Assembly (NCBI GenBank): GCA_009914755.4
Contig: CP086569.2
Coordinates: forward strand, 28,352,001-28,416,000
Direction: 5' to 3'
Origin: the human T2T-CHM13v2.0 reference genome, Homo sapiens
DNA length: 64,000 bases
The translations under genes and the position numbers were made by a program. The notes beneath the pieces are model-generated. The model did not search any database, had not been told where the DNA came from, and saw nothing but the letters and a program-made list of their open reading frames with translations. How positions within the stretch are numbered: position 1 is the first letter of the stretch; every line of letters starts with the position of its first letter. Below are positions 56,595 through 64,000 of this stretch, in pieces.

Positions 56595-59500
56595 AATCGA
56601 ATGGAAAGTAATCCAATGGAATAGAATCTAATGCAATAAAATCGACTCAGATAGAGTAGAATGTAATGGAATGGAGTGCAGTGCAATGGAATGGAATGGA
56701 ATGGAATGCAATGGAATGGAATGGAATGGAATGGAATGGAATGGAATGGGATGGAATGGTATGGAATGGATAGTAATGGACTAGAGTGAAATGGACTGGA
56801 AAGGAATGGACTCAAATTGAAAGGGCTCGAAAGGAATGGAGTCAAATGGAATGGTCTGGAATGGAATGAACACGAATGTAATGCAATCCAATAGAATGGA
56901 ATCGAATGGCATGGAATATAAAGAAATGGAATCGAAGAGAATGGAAACAAACGGAATGGAATTGAATGGAATGGAATTGAATGGAATGGGAACGAATGGA
57001 GTGAAATTGTATGCAGTAGAAGAGAATAGAGTGGAATGCAAGCGAAAGGAAAGGAATGGATTGGAATGGAATGGAATTCATTGGAATGGAAGGGAATGTA
57101 GTGTAATGGACAGGCCTGGAATAAAGTGGAATGCTACGGTCTCGAATGGAATAAAAATGTATGGAATGGAATGCAATGAAACGGAATCGAATGTCATAGA
57201 ATGTAATGGAATGCAAAAAAATGGACTCCAAAATCATTGACTGGAAAGGCTGGGTGTCGAAAGGAATTGACTCCAATGGAATGGAATCGAATGGAATGGA
57301 AGTGAATAGAATCGAACTAAATCGAATGGAATGGAATTGATAGGAACGGAATGGAAAGGAATGAAATGATTTGGTATGGAATGGAATCGAATGGCATCGA
57401 ATGGAATGGAATGGAATGCAAGGCAATGTAATGTATTAGAATGTAATGAACTTTAATGGAATGTACTCGAATGGATTCGACTGGAATGGAATGTTCTGGA
57501 AGTGAATGGACTCCAATGGAATGGATTGAAAAGGAATGGAATCGTACGGAATGGAATCTAATGGAATGGAATTAAATGGAAATGAATCAAATTGAATAGC
57601 ACGGAATTGAATTGAATGGAATCGAATGCAATGGAATCTAATGAAACGGAAAGGAAAGGAATGGAATGGAATGGAATGGGCTGGAATGGAAAGGAATCGA
57701 AACGAATGGAATGGAATCGAACTGAAGAGACTGGAATGGAATGCACTGGAATGGAAGGGAGTGTAATGGAAGGTTCTCGAAAAAAATGGAATCGAATGGA
57801 ATGGAATTGAATGGAACGGAATAGAGTCGAATGGAATTGAATGGAATGGAATGGACTAGAGTGAAATGGAATCGAACCACAAGGAATGGACAGGAATAGA
57901 ATGGTTTCGAATTGAACGGAATCGTATGGAATGGCATCAAACGGAATGGAATGGACAGCCACGGAATGGAATGCACTCGAATGCAATGGAGTCGAAACTA
58001 ATGGACTGGAATAGAATGGACTCGACTGGTACGGACTCCAATGGAATGGAATCGAATGGAAGGGAATCGAACGGAATGGACTCGAAGGGAAAAGACTGCA
58101 ATGGAAAGGTCTCGAATGGAATGGAAATTAATGGAATGGAATGGAATCGAATGAAATGGAGTCAAAAGGAATGGAATCGAATGGCAAGAAATCGAATGTA
58201 ATGGAATCGCAAGGAATTGATGTGAACGGAACGGAATGGAATGGAATCCAAAGGAATGGAATAGAATGGAATGGAATCGAATGGAAAGGACTCGAATGGA
58301 AATCACTCGAATAGAATGCAATTTAATAAAATAGGATGAAATGTAATGGAATGGAATGGAAAGGAATCGAAACGAAAGGAATGGAGACAGATGGAATGGA
58401 ATGGAACAGAGAGCAATGGTATAGAATGGAATGGAATCATCTGCAATGGAATTGAATGGAATGGAATAACATGAAATGGAATGGAATGGAAAGAAATGCC
58501 CTTGAATTAAATGGACTGGAATGGAATGGACTCGAACAGAGTGGAATGGAAAGTGTTGAGATAGAATGGAATGGACTCCTTTGGAATGGTCTAGTATGCA
58601 ATGCAATCGACTGGCAGGGAATCAAAAGGAATGTAATCGAATGGATTGGACTGCAATGCAATGGACTCGAATAGATTGGAAACGGAATGCAAAGGAATGG
58701 AATGGAATAGTATGGAATGGAATGGAAAGGAATGGAGTGGAATAGACTAGAGTGGAATGGAATGGACTCGAAAGCAATGGACTGGAATGGAACTTTCTTG
58801 AATGGACTGGAATCAAACGGAATGGAATGCAATGCAATCAAATGGCATGGAATAAAATAGAATTAAAGAGAATCAAATGGAATTGAATCGAATGGAATCG
58901 AATGGATTGGAAAGGAATAGAATGGAATGGAATGGAATTGACTCAAATGGAATGGATTCGAATGGAAGGCAAAGGAATGGAATCTATTGGAATGGACTGC
59001 AATGGAATGGAAAGGAAGGGATTGGAATGGACTCGAATGGAATGGACTGCAATAGAAAGGATTCGAATGGAATGAAAAAGAATTGAATGGAATAGAACAG
59101 AATGGAATCAAATCGAATGAAATGGAATGGAATAGAAAGGAATGGAATGAAATGGAATGGAAAGGATTCGAATGGAATGCAATCGAATGGAATGGAATCG
59201 AACGGAATGGAATAAAATGGAAGCAAACTGGCAAGAAATGGAATCGAAATGAATGGAGTGTTATGGAACGGACTCAAAAGGAATTGAATGTAATAGAATG
59301 GAGTGGAGTGGACTCGAATATAATGGACTGGAATGGAATGAAATCACATGGAATGGGAACGAATGGAATGGAATGGAAAGGAATGGAATCGAATGGAAAG
59401 GAATCGAATGGAAGGGAATGAAATTGAATCAACAGGAATGGAAGGGAATAGAATAGACGGTAATGGAATGGACTCGAATGGACACGAATGCTCAAATTGA

Positions 59501-60128
59501 ATGGACTCGAATGGAATGGAAACGAAAGGAATGTCATCGAATGGAATTGAATCGATTGGAATGAAATCGCATAGAATGGAGTGGAATCAAATGGAATTGA
59601 ATCGAAAGGAAAGGAAGCGAATGGACTGAAATGAAATGGAATGGAATTGAATGGAAAGTAAAGCAATGGAATAGAATGGAACGAAATTTCACGGAATGGA
59701 ATCAAACTGAATGGAATCAAATCAATGGAATATAATCAAATGGAATGGAAAGGAATTGAATGGAGTAGATGGGATTGGATGGGATTGGAATGAAATGTAC
59801 TGGAAAGGACTCGAATTTCATGAAACGGAATGGAATGAATTGGAACGGAATGGACTCGAATGGAATGGAATGTCATGGAATGGCATCAAATGGAATGGCA
59901 TCAAATGGCATGGAATCGAATGCAATGGAATGCTATGGAATGGAATGGAATGCATTGGAATGGAATGTTCTCTAATGGAATGGATTCGAGTGGAATGGAA
60001 TCGAATATAATGGAGTCGAATGAAATGAAATTGAAAGGAATGGGATCGAATACAATGGAATATAGTGGAATGTAATGTAATGAACTCGAATGTAATTGAC
60101 TGGAATGGAATGTACATGAATGGAATGT
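56595..60128 (+). repeat. HOR copy 17 (3534 bp)
   Basis: Anchor motif at 56595. Near-identical to copy 15. Confidence 0.85.
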
Positions 60129-63100
60129 AATTGAATGGAAAGTAATCCAATGGAATAGAATCTAATGCAATAAAATCGACTCAGATAGAGTAGAATGTAA
60201 TGGAATGGAGTGCAGTGCAATGGAATGGAATGGAATGGAATGCAATGGAATGGAATGGAATGGAATGGAATGGAATGGGATGGAATGGTATGGAATGGAT
60301 AGTAATGGACTGGAGTGAAATGGACTGGAAAGGAATGGACTCAAATTGAAAGGGCTCGAAAGGAATGGAGTCAAATGGAATGGTCTGGAATGGAATGAAC
60401 ACGAATGTAATGCAATCCAATAGAATGGAATCGAATGGCATGGAATATAAAGAAATGGAATCGAAGAGAATGGAAACAAACGGAATGGAATTGAATGGAA
60501 TGGAATTGAATGGAATGGGAACGAATGGAGTGAAATTGTATGCAGTAGAAGAAAATAGAATGGAATGCAAGCGAAAGGAAAAGAATTTATTGGAATGGAA
60601 TGGAATTCATTGGAATGGAAGGGAATGTAGTGTAATGGACAGGCCTGGAATAAAGTGGAATGCTACGGTCTCGAATGGAATAAAAATGTATGGAATGGAA
60701 TGCAATGAAACGGAATCGAATGTCATAGAATGTAATGGAATGCAAAAAAATGGAATCCAAAATCATTGACTGGAAAGTCTGGATGTCGAAAGGAATTGAC
60801 TCCAATGGAATGGAATCGAATGGAATGGAAGTGAATAGAATCGAACTAAATCGAATGGAATGGAATTGATAGGAACGGAATGGAAAGGAATGAAATGATT
60901 TGGCATGGAATGGAATCGAATGGCATCGAATGGAATGGAATGGAATGCAATACAATGGAATGTATTAGAATGTAATGAACTTTAATGGAATGTACTCGAA
61001 TGGATTCGACTGGAATGGAATGTTCTGGAAGTGAATGGACTCCAATGGAATGGATTGAAAAGGAATGGAATCGTACGGAATGGAATCTAATGGAATGGAA
61101 TTAAATGGAAATGAATCAAATTGAATAGCACGGAATTGAATTGAATGGAATCGAATGCAATGGAATCTAATGAAACGGAAAGGAAAGGAATGGAATGGAA
61201 TGGAATGGGCTGGAATGGAAAGGAATCGAAACGAATGGAATGGAAACGAACTGAAGAGACTGGAATGGAATGCACTGGAATGGAAGGGAGTGTAATGGAA
61301 GGTTCTCGAAAAAAGTGGAATCGAATGGAATGGAATTGAATGGAAGGGAATAGGGTCGAATGGAATTGAATGGAATGGAATGGACTAGAGTGAAATGGAA
61401 TCGAACCACAAGGAATGGACAGGAATAGAATGGTCTCGAATTGAATGGAATCGTATGGAATGGCATCAAACGGAATGGAATGGAATGCACTCGAATGCAA
61501 TGGAGTCGAAACTAATGGACTGGAATAGAATGGACTCGACTGGTACGGACTCCAATGGAATGGAATCGAATGGAAGGGAATCGAACGGAATGGACTCGAA
61601 GGGAAAAGACTGCAATGGAAAGGTCTCGAATGGAATGGAAATTAATGGAATGGAATGGAATCGAATGAAATGGAGTCAAAAGGAATGGAATCGAATGGCA
61701 AGAAATCGAATGTAATGGAATCGCAAGGAATTGATGTGAACGGAACTGAATGGAATGGAATCCAAAGGAATGGAATAGAATGGAATGGAATCGAATGGAA
61801 AGGACTCGAATGGAAATCACTCGAATAGAATGCAATTTAATAAAATAGGATGAAATGTAATGGAATGGAATGGAAAGGAATCGAAATGAAAGGAATGGAG
61901 ACAGATGGAATGGAATGGAACAGAGAGCAATGGTATAGAATGGAATGGAATCATCTGGAATGGTATTGAATGGAATGGAATAACATGAAATGGAATGGAA
62001 TGGAATGGAATGCCCTTTAATTAAATGGACTGGAATGGAATGGACTCGAACAGAGTGGAATGGAAAGTGTTGAGATAGAATGGAATGGACTCCTTTGGAA
62101 TGGTCTAGTATGCAATGCAATCGACTGGCAGGGAATCAAAAGGAATGTAATGGAATGGATTGGACTGGAATGCAATGGACTCGAATAGATTGGAAACGGA
62201 ATGCAAAGGAATGGAATGGAATAGTATGGAATGGAATGGAAAGGAATGGAGTGGAATAGACTAGAGTGGAATGGAATGGACTCGAAAGCAATGGACTGGA
62301 ATGGAACTTTCTTGAATGGACTGGAATCAAACGGAATGGAATGCAATGCAATCAAATGGCATGGAATAAAATAGAATGAAAGAGAATCAAATGGAATTGA
62401 ATCGAATGGAATCGAATGGATTGGAAAGGAATAGAATGGAATGGAATGGAATTGACTCAAATGGAATGGATTCGAATGGAAGGCAAAGGAATGGAATCTA
62501 TTGGAATGGACTGCAATGGAATGGAAAGGAAGGGATTGGAATGGACTCGAATGGAATGGACTGCAATAGAAAGGATTCGAATGGAATGAAAAAGAATTGA
62601 ATGGAATAGAACAGAATGGAATCAAATCGAATGAAATGGAATGGAATAGAAAGGAATGGAATGAAATGGAATGGAAAGGATTCGAATGGAATGCAATCGA
62701 ATGGAATGGAATCGAACGGAATGGAATAAAATGGAAGAAAACTGGCAAGAAATGGAATCGAAATGAATGGAGTGTTATGGAACGGACTCAAAAGGAATTG
62801 AATGTAATAGAATGGAGTGGAGTGGACTCGAATATAATGGACTGGAATGGAATGAAATCACATGGAATGGGAACGAATGGAATGGAATGGAAAGGAATGG
62901 AATCGAATGGAAAGGAATCGAATGGTAGGGAATGAAATTGAATCAACAGGAATGGAAGGGAATAGAATAGACGGTAATGGAATGGACTCGAATAGAATGG
63001 ACACGAATGCTCAAATTGAATGGACTCGAATGGAATGGAAACGAAAGGAATGTCATCGAATGGAATTGAATCGGTTGGAATGAAATCGCATAGAATGGAG

Positions 63101-63647
63101 TGGAATCAAATGGAATTGAATCGAAAGGAAAGGAAGCGAATGGACTGAAATGAAATGGAATGGAATTGAATGGAAAGTAAAGCAATGGAATAGAATGGAA
63201 CGAAATTTCACGGAATGGAATCAAACTGAATGGAATCAAATCAATGGAATATAATCAAATGGAATGGAAAGGAATTGAATGGAGTAGATGGGATTGGATG
63301 GGATTGGAATGAAATGTACTGGAAAGGACTCGAATTTCATGAAACGGAATGGAATGAATTGGAACGGAATGGACTCGAATGGAATGGAATGTCATGGAAT
63401 GGCATCAAATGGAATGGCATCAAATGGAATGGAATCGAATGCAATGGAATGCTATGGAATGGAATGGAATGCATTGGAATGGAATGTTCTCTAATGGAAT
63501 GGATTCGAGTGGAATGGAATCGAATATAATGGAGTCGAATGAAATGGAATTGAAAGGAATGGGATCGAATACAATGGAATATACTGGAATGTAATGTAAT
63601 GAACTCGAATGTAATTGACTGGAATGGAATGTACATGAATGGAATGT
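60129..63647 (+). repeat. HOR copy 18 (3519 bp; 15-bp deletion allele)
   Basis: Anchor motif at 60129. Near-identical to copy 16; extra 15-bp deletion at ~62465. Confidence 0.85.
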
Positions 63648-64000
63648 AATCGAATGGAAAGTAATCCAAAGGAATAGAATCTAATGCAATAAAATCGACT
63701 CAGATAGAGTAGAATGTAATGGAATGGATTGCAGTGCAATGGAATGGAATGGAATGGATGGAATGCAATGGAATGGAATGGAATGGAATGGAATGGAATG
63801 GAATGGGATGGAATGCTATGGAATGGATAGTAATGGACTGGAGTGAAATGGACTGGAAAGGAATGGACTCAAATTGAAAGGGCTCGAAAGGAATGGAGTC
63901 AAATGGAATGGTCTGGAATGGAATGAACACGAATGTAATGCAATCCAATAGAATGGAATCGAATGGCATGGAATATAAAGAAATGGAATCGAAGAGAATG
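63648..64000 (+). repeat. HOR copy 19, partial (window ends inside the unit)
   Basis: Anchor motif at 63648. The sequence continues in phase with the start of earlier units. Confidence 0.8.

Larger units (their letters stand above)
1..64000 (+). repeat. Continuous (GGAAT)n-derived pentameric satellite array, HSat3-like, arranged as a ~3.53 kb higher-order repeat; candidate DYZ1/Yq12-type
   Basis: Every line of sequence is built from aatgg/gaatg pentamers and point-diverged derivatives such as aatcg, aatgc, aatag and actcg. The + strand is almost devoid of C runs and no ccatt-type (reverse) stretches occur anywhere. The same ~3.5 kb succession of diverged pentamers recurs 18 times. One GGCC site occurs per unit. 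Confidence 0.97.

Noticed and set aside
1-64000. Hundreds of ORFs of 60-418 aa on both strands in the supplied six-frame track
   Set aside because: All are low-complexity translations of the GGAAT/ATTCC lattice (MEWNG.. / IPFHS..). They overlap each other in several frames. Their length changes between copies only by stop-creating SNVs. None has any feature of a real coding sequence.
1-64000. CRISPR-like regular repetition
   Set aside because: The periodicity is 5 bp and ~3.5 kb with no unique spacers, no leader and no cas genes. This is a eukaryotic-type satellite, not a CRISPR array.
1-64000. A hidden gene system (defence island, biosynthetic cluster, mobile element) suggested by the prompt
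   Set aside because: No stretch of the window departs from the satellite lattice for more than ~60 bp. There is no room for, and no signal of, any gene system.

Overview
The whole 64-kb window is one uninterrupted, head-to-tail tandem array of a GGAAT/AATGG pentamer-derived satellite of the human HSat2/3 superfamily type. It is organised into a higher-order repeat (HOR) of about 3.53 kb. There are 18 complete copies plus a partial 19th, with unit lengths of 3509-3554 bp, all in one orientation; the given + strand is the G/A-rich GGAAT strand. The period and the single GGCC (HaeIII) site per unit fit the classical ~3.5-3.6 kb male-specific DYZ1 satellite of human Yq12. That assignment comes from established knowledge, not from any search, and the chromosome of origin cannot be proven from the sequence alone. 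I found no credible protein-coding gene, tRNA, rRNA, CRISPR array, transposon insertion or unique-sequence island. Every ORF in the six-frame track is a translation artefact of the pentamer lattice: (MEWNG)n-like on + and (IPFHS)n-like on -. The real structure is in how the array has evolved. Very recent tandem duplications of one and two HOR units are nested inside the array. Length variation is quantised in pentamers. Two different deletion alleles remove the same GC-rich motif. Five adjacent units share private variants. One unit carries a cluster of private substitutions that destroys its HaeIII site. No defence, biosynthetic or other gene system is present, and calling one would be unsupported.
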